Shown: positions 25,101-37,340 of the stretch, in pieces
Numbering within the stretch: position 1 is the stretch's first letter
Layout of the letters: every line of letters starts with the position of its first letter
Assembly: GCA_043228905.1 (NCBI GenBank)
Contig: JBHGNT010000014.1
Coordinates: forward strand, 18,538,001-18,602,000
Reading direction: 5' to 3'
Source: Azolla caroliniana
Taxonomy: Eukaryota > Plantae > Polypodiophyta
Length of the DNA: 64,000 bases
Position numbers and translations under genes: made by a program
The notes under the pieces: generated by a model
The model's input: only the letters and a program-made list of their open reading frames with translations
Database searches by the model: none
What the model was told of the DNA's origin: nothing

Positions 25101-27138
25101 TGATGCCCAAGGTGAGGCCAAATGCAATAGTCATTGATAAATGTTGGACATCATATAATGCCATATCTAATATGGTTGTTCAGGACCATCATTATTGGAT
25201 TATTGCAAATGGGCAAAGCTCGCAAACACATTGCCACCTTTCGTTGTGTAAGTTCCATGCTAAAAAATCATGTGTGGATAACTTGTTGCCCAAAGTAACT
25301 ACTACCGAGAGAAACCACCACTATTGACGGATGTGTCAACTCATGCATTGCATTATGGAAACTGCATTTAATGTTATGTGTGAGGAGTTGAAGGTAGAAT
25401 ATGTGGACAAACTTGGTGTGTGGTAAATATATAGAAGGAGGATGGTGTGGCATGACTTATGTGTGGAAGAATCTATGGCCCAAATTTGGTAGATAATTCA
25501 ACTACAAACATGTTGACACTACCAATATTGTGGAGAGGCATCACTAGTTTATCAAGCACACTGCCTTGAGAGGAATAATAAACCGATCTTGAGCATGTCT
25601 TAATTGGGGATAGTGAAACCGACACTTGCATCAGAGGGACCGTCATAGAATGGTAGATGCAATAGCAACAAATATGTAGGTGTGGTAGATTTGTGCCCCG
25701 TGGAAATTGTAGGGATCAAAGGTCAAGACTTAAAGAGGTTGAGAGGATACCCCAAATGTATGTGGCTAATACCAATACAATGCATATTGTAGATGAGGCC
25801 GAATATTGGTTTAGAATATTGAGCATGATGACTCCCACTCTATGGTATAATGTCTCACTCCAATGCTCATATTGTGATTGCCAACATCTTGCAAGTAAAG
25901 TGTAAGCATTTACTCTAGATTCAGATTATCATTGAAAGGAATATGCCATCCCTATGTGGGTCGTTACCATTTATAGATCATACGGCCCAAATTCAAATGG
26001 ATATATCACAGAAATAGAATTGGAGATAGAGGCAGAATTAGTAGACATGAGTCATGGAAGCTTCAATTACAAACGATCGAGGAAGCTATTCAATGGCTCT
26101 GGGAAGGGTTAGGATCCTTTGACAAGGTTGTTGTTGAGGATTGTCTACAACAAATGGCCAAATGGAGGAAAAAGGTGTACGGTTTAGGTGCACCGAAATC
26201 AACCGATGAGGTAGGTACACGAGGCACAAGTCTGAAGCAACAAATTGGTGCGAAAAGAGGAGCGACGGTGAACATTTCATAAGAATTGATTGGCAACACC
26301 CGAAACACTTCAAAATCCCATGCCGGAAGACTATAGAGAGGTGCAAGTCGGCTTAGGGCGCAATCGCTAATATGTGAGACTAAGAAGGTTGACCTTGACT
26401 TCAGGGGACTTGAATGTTGATTGCTACAAAAATTGTGGTTGCATTTTGCCATCCTCCCCACATGGGACATAATCTTTGCTTTTGTATGGATTCATGCAAA
26501 AACTAACTTCATTTCTAGCTTTTTGGCCTTTGATTTTGGAGATTTTTGGTCTCCGAAATTAATACTACATCACTTGTGACCATAGAAACTTTTTGTGGCT
26601 GGAAATTTGGTGTAATTTGAAGTTTGAAGTATGTTCAAAACACATTTTGGGTGAGTTTTGTGGCTGAAATTTTCATGTGAAACGAAATGGTGTCTCGAAC
26701 GATCTCTAACGTTTTGTTCTACATTGGGATCCAGATTTGCGTGTGCTTTAATTTTAATGGTGGAAGTTTTATATATTTCAAACTCAAAGATTTTGATGTT
26801 TAGTTTATTTATTTACACTTCAGAAGTTTTTTTGAAGTTTTTGAGGTCAAGATTTGAGAGGGGCTCCTGCCCTGAGTTGGTCGGGCGCTTGATTTGAGTT
26901 GGGCGCTTGATTTGAGTTGGGCTCTTAGCATGAGTTAGTCGGGCTCCTGGTGACAAAGGCGGTCAGAGTTGGGCTCCTAGTGACAGAGGCTGGCAGCTTT
27001 TTTGATGGCGCACTTTTTGTGGATACAGATCGGACGGTGCAGATCGGACGTGCCCTCGGCTAAGCACCCCGCACCCCGTCCGAGGCTGAGATTCCCTTGC
27101 CAGGAAGGCCTCTTTATGATTTTTGGGTGGCAGATAGA
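22180..27138 (+). mobile_element. Mutator-like DNA transposon with decayed MULE and SWIM transposase plus an upstream accessory gene remnant; left boundary approximate
   Basis: RPNAIVIDK..SYNAI...LCKFHAKK (25082-25327), TTNIVERHH (~25520), WYNVSLQCSYCDC (SWIM-like, ~25840-25900). Subterminal (G)TT/TCGGGCTCCT repeats at 26860-26990. Three segments are homologous to 41460-44098. Confidence 0.75.
23010..23182. repeat. About 85-bp near-perfect tandem duplication
   Basis: agcaacgtatctaccaagatggaggctgaaatccc...gtggtgcaaggtt occurs twice. Confidence 0.9.
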
Positions 27139-27455
27139 CATGAGCGGAATGTATGTATGTATACATAGTACGTAATATACTCGAATGCATTGGCAAACAT
27201 TCTTTTTTCATACGAATGCAAACGTTATCAAAACATTCTTGCGTTGTTTTTTTTTTATTACACTTTTTACCTTAACTTTCTTACCTTAATTTGTTTTTGA
27301 ACTTATAAATTATAATAAATAATGAATACAAAACAAAAGTATGGTATTTACTATTTACCATACTTCAAGGGTGTTTACCATACGAGAATGATTGAAACAT
27401 TCGCATAGGAGAATGCACGTATGGTTCATGCTATGTATGTTTTTGCAGGTATGGG

Positions 27456-27609
27456 GCATGGCCATGGCTATGGCTATGGCTCACGTGTTAGTGACTGTGT
27501 GTGTGTGTGTGTGTAGGTCTGCAGAAAAGCTCGGCCACATGCAGAGCTCTGTTCTTGTGCCAGCGTGGAAAGACAGACAGACAGAGACAGACAGACAGAC
27601 AGACAGACT

Positions 27610-27697
<88 letters not shown>

Positions 27698-27900
27698 GGA
27701 TTCCATCTTTCTTCTTTTTTTATCTTCCTCCCTTTAGTTTTTTTGCAGAAGACCCTCCCAAAGAAGAAAAGAGAGAAATCACAGAAGAAGGAAGAAGGAA
27801 GAAGGAAGAAGGAAGAAAGAAGAAGAAGAAGAAGAAGGAAGAAGATCAGAGTTTCTTCTTTTCTTTCTTTCTTTCCTCCTTCCTTCCTTCCTTCCTTCTG
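27456..27900. repeat. Compound microsatellite cluster upstream of FATA: (YATGGC)n, (TG)n, (GACA)n, (GA)n of about 80 bp, (GAA)n, (CTTT/CCTT)n
   Basis: Directly visible in the sequence. Confidence 0.95.
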
Positions 27901-28027
27901 CATTGCTCTAATTCTGTATTTCTCCATGGTTATACCTTTGTATCTTACTTTCCCGTTCTTCTAAAAGTACTCTGTTTCTTTCTTTCTCCTCGTAGCTATC
28001 CGTAGTAATAATAGGGGACGTGAAGCT

Positions 28028-31000
28028 ATGTTGATGCGAGTTTCTTTGCACCATAAATTCCATGTCAGATCTAACCTAAACCCTAACCATAAACCTGACC
28101 CCAACTTAATTTATAACTCTAATCTAAACCCTAACCCTAACCCCAATCGATCATCTGCATCCTCTTCTGCTTCTTCTTTGTCTAGCTTCTTAGTCCGAGT
28201 TTCTTCTTCAGGAACTACTGCTGAAACATGGAAACCATCATCAATTCCACTGAATGGAAAACCTTCGAAGGGTCTTCGTATAGAAGAAGAGCAGAAGGAC
28301 AAGTATCTAAGAGAAGAAGAAGAGAAAGGAAAACATACTTTTCTTACCTCTGATACTGCATTTGTAGATTCGCATGTGTTTTGCCCGCGTGTTGGAATGC
28401 TTGAAAATTCTATGTATTCCTACATGGAGACGTTCGTAATCCGATGCTATGAGGTGGGCATGAATCGAACTGCCTCCATAGAAACTATGGCTAACCTATT
28501 ACAGGTATTCCTCTACGAAATCAGCTTTTTAGTGTTTTAACAAAATCCATCTCATTTAGAACATTTAGAATTTAGGATCTATGTCATTTGAGAAACTTGT
28601 CCACCAAAGTAGTGCTGTAGTTCCCTGCGTTAGGGCTTAGGCTTAGCTCAATGTACCATTACAGGGATACTGGAGGAGGTTTGCGGTGTAAGATCTGATT
28701 ATTCAAGAATCGTTAAGGCTTGGGATTACCTACTTTCAAGTACGATCCTACAAGATCCTTGGTTTATGGTTTGGGATCTATCTCCTTGGTAAGGTTTCGG
28801 GTTTGGGGCTTAATATTATTTAGATTCTATAGATCTCGGGTTTAGGAATTAAGTTTTATGTCTGGTTTAATTCAATTCTATTGAGATTATTGCCTGTCTT
28901 GTCTATAGAAATGATAATCTTAGATCTCTGATTTAGGAATCAGTATTAGGGTTTAGTATCAGACTTTCATTGAAACTGTAGCCAAAGTCTCTGATTTACA
29001 GGTTAAGATCTATTTCAGTGGGAAATTTGTTCATCAAAACAAATAGCTACCCTATTTGTTAGAAGCACTCGAGATCTCTGATTTTAGGATCCATTTGATC
29101 ACGAAACATGTTAATTCTACTTCAGATGTGGTCTAGATCTCGTGCTTCAAGTGAAACAGAACTTTTCATTAATAATTGCAAGGGCATAACATAGGAACTA
29201 CGTAATGCCTTCAGTCAACCGCCCTTCTTTTCTTGTCTCTTTCTCTTCATCCTTTATCTGTCCTTTCTCTCTTTTTCAATGTACCCACCGTCTCTCAAAT
29301 CTTTTTGCGGGTGATTTTGGAGAGAGATAAGAATTATGTGAAATGAATGAGAAGTCTTCAAAAGTCCACAGTGACTGATGAAGTGAAAAGTTGCATCCAT
29401 GTGAATCATCCCAGAATGTGGGGTAAAATAAACCAAAATTATGTCGTGATTATATATTTAACTTGGCAGGGGGTATGAATACAATGACAATGATTTTATA
29501 TATGTAACTAGGCTGTGGTCCCTCATAGGATGATGTCATATGGCATCAATGCCCCTTTTTAGTGAAACATTTGGGCATTTCGAAGAAGTTCGATATCTGT
29601 CTGTGTACATGTCTAAATTGACTGGAACACTAGTAAAAACATCTCCAAACATCTCATGAATGTTGGAATTCATGACCTCCCTAATGAGTCAGTTATATGA
29701 CTCCCAGATCTCATGGTACACTGCACAGAGTTAAGTTTGCACCAAGTACACTGAAAAAGAGAGAAAAGAGTAAAGATAGAGTTTGACTAAGGGTGTTTGG
29801 AGAGCTAACGAAAATTCAGAGCTATTCATAGTTTTGCCCTTATGATGATAAAGCTGAATTTGTGCAAAGTGTAGGAAGCACCTCTGCCAGTTCATGGTTT
29901 GATATCTTTCTACAAATCTTGCATTTTATTCTAGTTCCATTCTGGTTTAGTGTTTCAGTTCTAGGGTTTTAAAGTATATTCATTCAGAATCTTGTGCTTT
30001 ATTCTAGTTTCGAGTATTTATTATTTAGATTTTAAGAAAATCAAAATATTTCGTTTGATATTAACAGGCTAGATTTCTATACATTGTGCAGAAAGCCCAA
30101 GGATTGGCTTAGTGTTTTCACTCTAGGGTCTAGGATAAATTTCATGATGAAGCTTCTGCCTTATTTCATTTCTAGTTTCTCTTAGTTAGGTTTGAAGAGA
30201 AACATAAAATTTCATTGATTGTATTAACCTGGATTTCTGTACATTATGTAGGAAGTCGCTTGTAATCATGCACAGAGTGTGGGATTTTCTACTGATGGTT
30301 TTGCCACCACACCATCGATGCGTAAAAGAAGGTTAATCTGGGTCACTACAAGGATGCACATTGAAATGGATCATTATCCTGTCTGGTTAGATCTCGTTTC
30401 TTTGCCCTATTATCAATATGCAAAATAGTGGGCGTGTCACCCTCACCTACATTTTATGCTTGTTACCCCCCATGTGGCTCTTGAAAATTACTAACTGTTT
30501 TCAATCTACATGTAGGGGTGATGAACTAAAGGTTGAGACTTGGTGTCAAGGTGAGGGGAAAGCTGGGATCAGGAGGGATTGGCTTCTAACGGATGTGGCC
30601 ACAAACAGAATTATTGGGCGAGCTACAAGGTGGGATACACACACACACACAGGCGCTATGTTTGCGTAACTTGAAATGCAGTAGAATACTTTGGTTCTGT
30701 TGAGGTTGATCATTTTTTGTTTGTCTATCCAGCACATGGGTAATGATGAACCAAGACTCCAGAAGACTTTCAAGGATAACAGATGACATTCGAGTAGAAT
30801 ATGAGCAATATTGTCCAATTGCACCAAGGTCTAATATGCTTTCTCTTTCTCTTTAAGTATATTTTTTGGATGTAGATTTTTATAGTAGGTCAAATATCCA
30901 TATCAAGGCAGTAATTCTATATTTCATTTGTATTTGTAATTCAAAAGACAAGATTTTGATCATTTTGCCATTTAGGCAATCTACAAATACTCCTCTGAAG

Positions 31001-31712
31001 ATATGACATGGAAGTGATGTACTTCTTCACAAGATTGCATTGAAGAGTATGGTCGCAAATTTATAGGAAATATTGCTTATCACATTTCAGAATAAGAAAT
31101 AATGGGAACTTAAAAACTGTATAGCTACAAGCAAACATATATTTTAAAGGTTCTTTTAATAAGGATAGCATCAACTATATTAGTGTAGGTAACTAATAAT
31201 GAGTACAGACCCTAGTCAACTCCATACATGTGGTCAAACAAAATTATCCTCATATAATGTATTCTAACAAGATAAGATACTGTTGGATAAACGAAAAAAC
31301 CTTTACAATATTGTACTAAATGGTACTTGATTAAAAGGCATAGGGAAAAGAGTGATAGGAAGAGTTGGGATAAAAGAGTGCCCGAGAGGCTGTAATATTA
31401 AATATTTGTATCATGAATCTGTAGATCTGTGTATGTTGGATTGCAGCTTAAATGCTGTTGGGGCTATTGGTGGTATCCCACAAAAATAATATGATAATCT
31501 GGACTTGCATAGGGTGTTTGACAGCAAATCTGGAGCATTTTGGAACTGAAATCTGTGTGGCTCTTTAGTTGAAGTGTGATATTGTGTCTGGTTAGAGTAA
31601 ATAATAATAATGTAAAAGAAACCATTTTGTGTTTTTGCAAATTCTGTGGTTAAGTTTTATCACATTTGAAATGGGTTCTGTAAAGTAAATACAGTATATA
31701 AGTGTGTCTCCT

Positions 31713-31755
<43 letters not shown>

Positions 31756-32824
31756 TTGAGCTTCATTAGGAATTTAGACAGGAAATTTAGATAAAACCTA
31801 AGCAGTAAGGTATTTCCTTTAACGTGTTTAGACTTAAAAGGCAAATGGGATCCAAGGTAGAGAAAATTTTAGAAATTACTTTTGAAGAAGAGCTCAAATA
31901 TTTTCAAAAATATTTGCAATATCACTAGGGTTTCACTCAAAAACGTTTTGATTTTAGATGAAGAACTATTTTTTATTACACACTGCAGAACATGATTTAA
32001 TTGTTTGTTTGCTTAATATTGAATGATAAACAGCAAACTTTCTTTGTTATAATTGAAGGTAACGATTTTGTTTTCTTATTCACTGTACAAATGATTTGTT
32101 GATGTGGCAATAGATATGCTTTTCCGGAGGAAAATAGTAGCAGTTTAAAGAAGATACCCAAGCTACAGGATCCACCCCAGCACATCAGATCTGGCCTCAT
32201 GGTATGCTTCAATAATAGTTTATCCCATCACATAATGGCAAAATTTGCACTGTTATTTGGACATTGATGTGTTGTACCATATGAGCTCGGCCGTTGGCTA
32301 ACCAAAATCTTATCGAACTCAACAGCCACGACGGGGAGATCTTGATATGAATCAACATGTGAACAATGTCACCTACATCGGTTGGGTTTTAGAGGTATGC
32401 TGTGTGTCAAGCTAAATTCGATGACTTTCTTGGTTTTTTTGCAAGATGTATCTGATTATCTTTGTTTGTCCTTGTTTATTCTCTCAAGAGCATGCCACCA
32501 GAAATATTGGATACACATCAGCTTCACAGGATCACACTCGATTATCGGCGAGAATGCAAGCATAACGATGTAGTAGATTCTCTTGCAACCTCAGAAACTC
32601 CATACAATGATGAACATAATAATCAGGAATGTGGGCAAATTCACACTGACAAGGCAACAGTCAATGGAACAGTGGTTAATGGAACCATTGTGAATGGCAG
32701 AAAGGTGAATGGGTCATCTGGTGTTCTAGTTTCACGAGATTTGGAGTATCTACATCTTGTCAGGTTGGCAACAAATGAGGTAGAAATAAATAGAGCCCGG
32801 ACTGTGTGGAAGACTAAAAGCTGA
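28028..32824 (+). CDS. FATA: Oleoyl-ACP thioesterase (FatA type), plastid-targeted; exons 28028-28504, 30252-30385, 30516-30629, 30733-30828, 32114-32201, 32326-32394, 32489-32824
   Basis: YMETFVIRCYEVGMNRTASIETMANLLQ|EVACNHAQSVGFSTDGFATT, VETWCQGEG..G.RRDW, DLDMNQHVNNVTYIGWVLE, ITLDYRREC. All introns are GT-AG and preserve the frame. Confidence 0.95.
31716..31754. repeat. (CA)n microsatellite in FATA intron 4
   Basis: Directly visible in the sequence. Confidence 0.95.
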
Positions 32825-35153
32825 AAAGCTGGGAGGCTATTTCTGTTTGGGTGCACAATTGATCTTTTTGTGCTTCGTAACTGTTCGCAGCACAGCACTT
32901 TTGCGATAAGTTTTGCAGAAAAAATAGAAATGATTTGTGGTGTTTCACTTTTTCTTACGCCTGATGGCATGCTGCCATCATTACTCATCATGAGGTGAAA
33001 AATAGTGTTGTGACTTGGTGGTGTTGATCATGATTTTTGGGTTTGTTTGAACGATATTGTTTATATCTTATACAAGCAAGCTAGAAAGCTGGTTAGTGAG
33101 GGATTGCCAATGATAATTTTGTCTCATCTTATACAAAGCTGTCCCCATGCGATGATATATATTATGGATTTGTTGATTATGTCTTCTTTTATACAAGTTA
33201 GTAATGTTATCATACAATGACATCTTTTGGGCTCACTAATATATTATCTCAATTTATACAGAACTTGAATTCTGATATTTTGTCACTGTGCAATGGCATA
33301 TTTCTTGTTAAATTTGTTAGTTTTTATCCAATGTTATATTGTGGATAAATGAGGCTCGGAGATAATATTGTATTTGACTTATTCAAGCTAGGAATGCAAT
33401 GCAATGAATAGTGTTGATGTTTCATCTTTACTATCTTATTCAAACTGTAAGTTATGTGAATCTGGATAAATGCGTAGGATACGTTTTATATATGAATGGA
33501 ATTGATAATATTGTGGTCTTATACAAGCTGTGATCTCAGTCTCTGCATAATGGTTGAGATAAACGAGGCCTTGATAATAATGTCTGTTATAGGATTTGTT
33601 GATGTATTGTAATATCTTTGATGAGGCATAGCATTTGAGAGAACACCATTCATCAACAAGCCCTCTTGTGAAGTAGGATTCAATAATATATTTGAGTGGA
33701 GAGGCTTAGTCTTCTACAATGCATAATGCTGATGATGATCATAATGCAATAATATATTGTGTGGACAAATGGGCTTGTTCTGTTGTGTATACTAGGTGGA
33801 ATGCACTTGAGTTTGATGAATTAGGGTTGAAAATGATTTGATGGTTTTATATTAAACCTCCACAAGCCTATGTAATGATATATATTTTCCAGGCTACATG
33901 TGTTCGAATTGTAAATAGGTGTATATTGTAGTAAATAGAGCCAATGTTGATAAGCTAGGCCCAAAACAATTTGAGTGAGTATATAAATATATTTTTAATG
34001 TCTTTTTTCTTTACATAAGCTAGTGATATATAGGAAGGTGGAAAGTGGTAATTATCAATACAGTTTGTTTTCCTCAACTTTTGCTTTGATACCAACCAAT
34101 AATATTCATATTGTGAAATGCACAAACACATGCACACCACAATATGATGGACATTGAATCATGTTTTGTTGATGCACTTACAACCATTATAGAATAAGAA
34201 TGAATTTTTATTAGACAAGTATTTCATTTGAAATTTAAAGCAATGTTTCGAGTTAGCTTTTAGAACATGTGGACATTTTTTGGAGGCAAGCGTGTCATTC
34301 AAAATGTGAACCCATGTTTAGAGCAAGCACTTTTCTTATGCAAGTACGTTCAAATTTCGAAGCTACAGTTGGAGTAACCCACTTTTCGAGACCTTTCACA
34401 TTTTGAAGTCTAAACCAATGTGCATTGAGATCTATAACTTAAAAGTTCTTGAATGTGATCAACATTCTAGCAAATGGCGAAAAGTCATTGACATGTGGGG
34501 ACATCTTCTAGAAAGGCATCGAAAATATGAAGGTAATAACGATAATAAAATTCACTGAACAAAGACATCAGAACTCCTTTGTAGAAACTAGTGACATTAA
34601 CTCTAATAAACCAAGCCCTTGAAAGAATCATCCATTTTTTTAGGAACAAAACAGAACAGATCTATCTATCTATGTCAATATAACTAAAAACTTTATACAT
34701 GTTGATGTATATGTACATGTTATATGCTAAAAGAAGAAGGATTTTGTACATCAAGCTGGGAGCAGCAGCAAAGTGATCAAAAGATTAGTTTTGTCAGCAA
34801 TGCCTGTGTCATTCATTCATGAGAGAGAGAGAGAACCAGGGTGAGACCATTTTACCATCCATGAGCCGTGATTACTTGAGAGAAACTGTCATAAGATTTA
34901 CCAGTGAGTTTCGAATGCGGAGGCTCGGTGTCGTGTCCGATTATCTGAGAAGAAGACATAGATGGGACATGGCAATGTATCAGTGACCATACGAGACGCA
35001 TGGTGGGTTTTCTTGCAAACATGTTGTGGTTTTGCTACAGAAACCGCCACCGTAAAAGCTTGAAAGATCGATCTTTACATGTGGTGTTTACTCTTTGTCA
35101 TAACCTCTGTTTCTATGTATATTTGTGAATTTTTGCAAGACGATGTATAGCAC

Positions 35154-37340
35154 ATGGTCAATTCTCCTAGAAAAAGGGTCTTATCCATATTGAAACAATG
35201 TGCAAGGTCAGCAGAATTATTAGAAGGTCGGATAATGCATGCCCACATCATCATTAATGGTGATGGTGATGGTGATGGATTATATGTTGATGTTGGCATG
35301 GCCACATCCATTATAGACATGTATGGTAAATGTGGTAGCTTACAAGAAGCCCATTGTATATTTGACAGAATGCAAGTTCGAACCGTGGTCTCATGGGGAG
35401 CCATGATGTCAGGATATGTGGAGCATGGAGAGTCGTATAAAGCTCTTGAGCTTTTCAATAGATTGTGTCTTGAAAGTTTCATCCCTGATAACCTTCTCTT
35501 CTCTTTTGTCTTGGTTGCATGCATCAAGATAGGAGCATTGGCACAGGGCAAGCAACTCCACTGCATGCTACTTAGTTCTAGGGTTGGATTAGATGTGGTT
35601 GTAGGGAATATACTTATTGACTTGTATGTGAAATGGGGAACTCATGGTGATGCCCATAGAGTTTTTCATGGATTGAGATTCAGGAGCGTGGTCACGTGGT
35701 CTGCTATGATTTCTGGATGTATTCATCATGGAAATGCTCAACTTGCATTGGGATTCTTTCATGAGATGCTTGAAGTAGGAATAATGCCAGATAGAGTTGC
35801 CTTTATGTGTGTACTAAAAGCATGCTGTGTTCTAGGGGAGATAGAGAAGGGTAGGATTCTTCATAATTGGATGATAGAACTCGAACTTGAACACGATATA
35901 GCTTCCGGGAGCACACTTGTTGATATGTATGCACAATGCGCTAGTTTAGAGGAAGCCTGTAGAACATTTAGTTTCTTGCGCATTAAAACTATTGTGTCGT
36001 GGAGTGCTTTGATTGGAGGCTATGCTCAATATGGATGCTCCCTTAAAGCACTCCAACTCTTTATTGATATGCATCAAGATGGTATAGAACCTGATGAAGT
36101 TGCATTCTTATGCATACTGAAAGCATGCAATAATTCAAGATTACTAAACTATGGATATTTGGTGCATAGTCAATTAATTCATTTGGGATTTCAATCGAAT
36201 AAGGCTATAGAAAATAGCCTTGTTGATATGTATTCAAAATGCTCAAGCCTGGATAATGCATGGTGGATTTTCACCCATATGGCAGATCGAACTGTGGTGT
36301 CATGGGGTGCGATGATATTTGGCTATGCTCAACAAGACCAGGGTCAAACTACTCTTCTTTTGATAGATGCAATGCAACATGAAGGCATAGAATGCAATGA
36401 GGTAATTTTTATAAGTGGATTGAAGGCCTGTGGTAGTTCCCAGTCCATACAAGAAGGGAAGATCCTGCACAATGAGATAGTAAGGAATGGGTTCCAATTA
36501 GACATAGCAATCGGAAGCTCTCTTATCGACATGTATGCGAAATGTGGCTGTGTCAAGGATGCACAAAGAATATTTGATATTATGCCAAGCAAAAACATTA
36601 TCTCATGGGGTGCATTGATGGCTGGTTATGTTCAACATGGTCTTGGAGCTACTGCCCTTGCACTCTTTAGTAAATTGTTAGAAGAAGAACTGAAGCCAGG
36701 CCGAGCAACAATTTTGTGTTGCTTGATGGCTGGCGGAAGTTTAGGATCCATAGTAAAAGCCCACCTCATACATGACCACCTCATTAGGAATGAGAATGAC
36801 CAGGACCAGGACCAGGACCTTGATATTGCAATTAAGAATGCGCTCCTTGATATGTATATTAAATGTGGGAGCATAGGAGAGGGCTGCCAAATTTTTGAAG
36901 CAATGCCAGAGAAGGACTTGGTATCTTGGGGAACAATCATTGCAGGGTATGTTCACTATGGGAACCATGGAATGGCTATGAAATACTTGCAAAAAATGCA
37001 CCTAAGCGGTCTAACTCCCAATGATGTTATCTTCACGCTTATGCTAGCCACATGTAGTAATGCAGGGCTACTGGAAGAAGGGCAAATTTACTTTAACTCT
37101 ACAATAGAGCATGATACATTGCATGGTTTTCGGCATTATGGTTGTGTAGCTGATCTCCTTACCCGAACTGGACATACGATAGAAGGAAAAGAGCTTCTTA
37201 TAAGCTTACCACATAACCCTGATTTCCTGATGTGGATGTCATTACTGACAAGCTGTAGGACATATGGCAATGGGCATTTAGGAGACATGTGCTTCAATCT
37301 ACTAGATGTTAACCATGGTTCAACCAAGGATTTCAATTAA
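35154..37340 (+). CDS. PLS-class pentatricopeptide repeat protein ending in a truncated E domain, no DYW
   Basis: 728-aa single ORF with repeated LVDMYAKCG / VVSWGAM..GY motifs; ends with HYGCVADLLTRTG...MWMSLLTSCRTYGN. Confidence 0.93.
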   Translation: MVNSPRKRVLSILKQCARSAELLEGRIMHAHIIINGDGDGDGLYVDVGMATSIIDMYGKCGSLQEAHCIFDRMQVRTVVSWGAMMSGYVEHGESYKALELFNRLCLESFIPDNLLFSFVLVACIKIGALAQGKQLHCMLLSSRVGLDVVVGNILIDLYVKWGTHGDAHRVFHGLRFRSVVTWSAMISGCIHHGNAQLALGFFHEMLEVGIMPDRVAFMCVLKACCVLGEIEKGRILHNWMIELELEHDIASGSTLVDMYAQCASLEEACRTFSFLRIKTIVSWSALIGGYAQYGCSLKALQLFIDMHQDGIEPDEVAFLCILKACNNSRLLNYGYLVHSQLIHLGFQSNKAIENSLVDMYSKCSSLDNAWWIFTHMADRTVVSWGAMIFGYAQQDQGQTTLLLIDAMQHEGIECNEVIFISGLKACGSSQSIQEGKILHNEIVRNGFQLDIAIGSSLIDMYAKCGCVKDAQRIFDIMPSKNIISWGALMAGYVQHGLGATALALFSKLLEEELKPGRATILCCLMAGGSLGSIVKAHLIHDHLIRNENDQDQDQDLDIAIKNALLDMYIKCGSIGEGCQIFEAMPEKDLVSWGTIIAGYVHYGNHGMAMKYLQKMHLSGLTPNDVIFTLMLATCSNAGLLEEGQIYFNSTIEHDTLHGFRHYGCVADLLTRTGHTIEGKELLISLPHNPDFLMWMSLLTSCRTYGNGHLGDMCFNLLDVNHGSTKDFN

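Noticed and set aside
27100-27138. Helitron 5' end (minus strand TCTATCTG...ATAAAG)
   Set aside because: No hairpin-CTRR 3' end or RepHel motifs were found, and the internal coding remnants are MULE/SWIM-like. Not fully excluded.
27392-28005. ORFs with RE/ER/SL runs
   Set aside because: These are translations of (GA)n and (GAA)n microsatellites.
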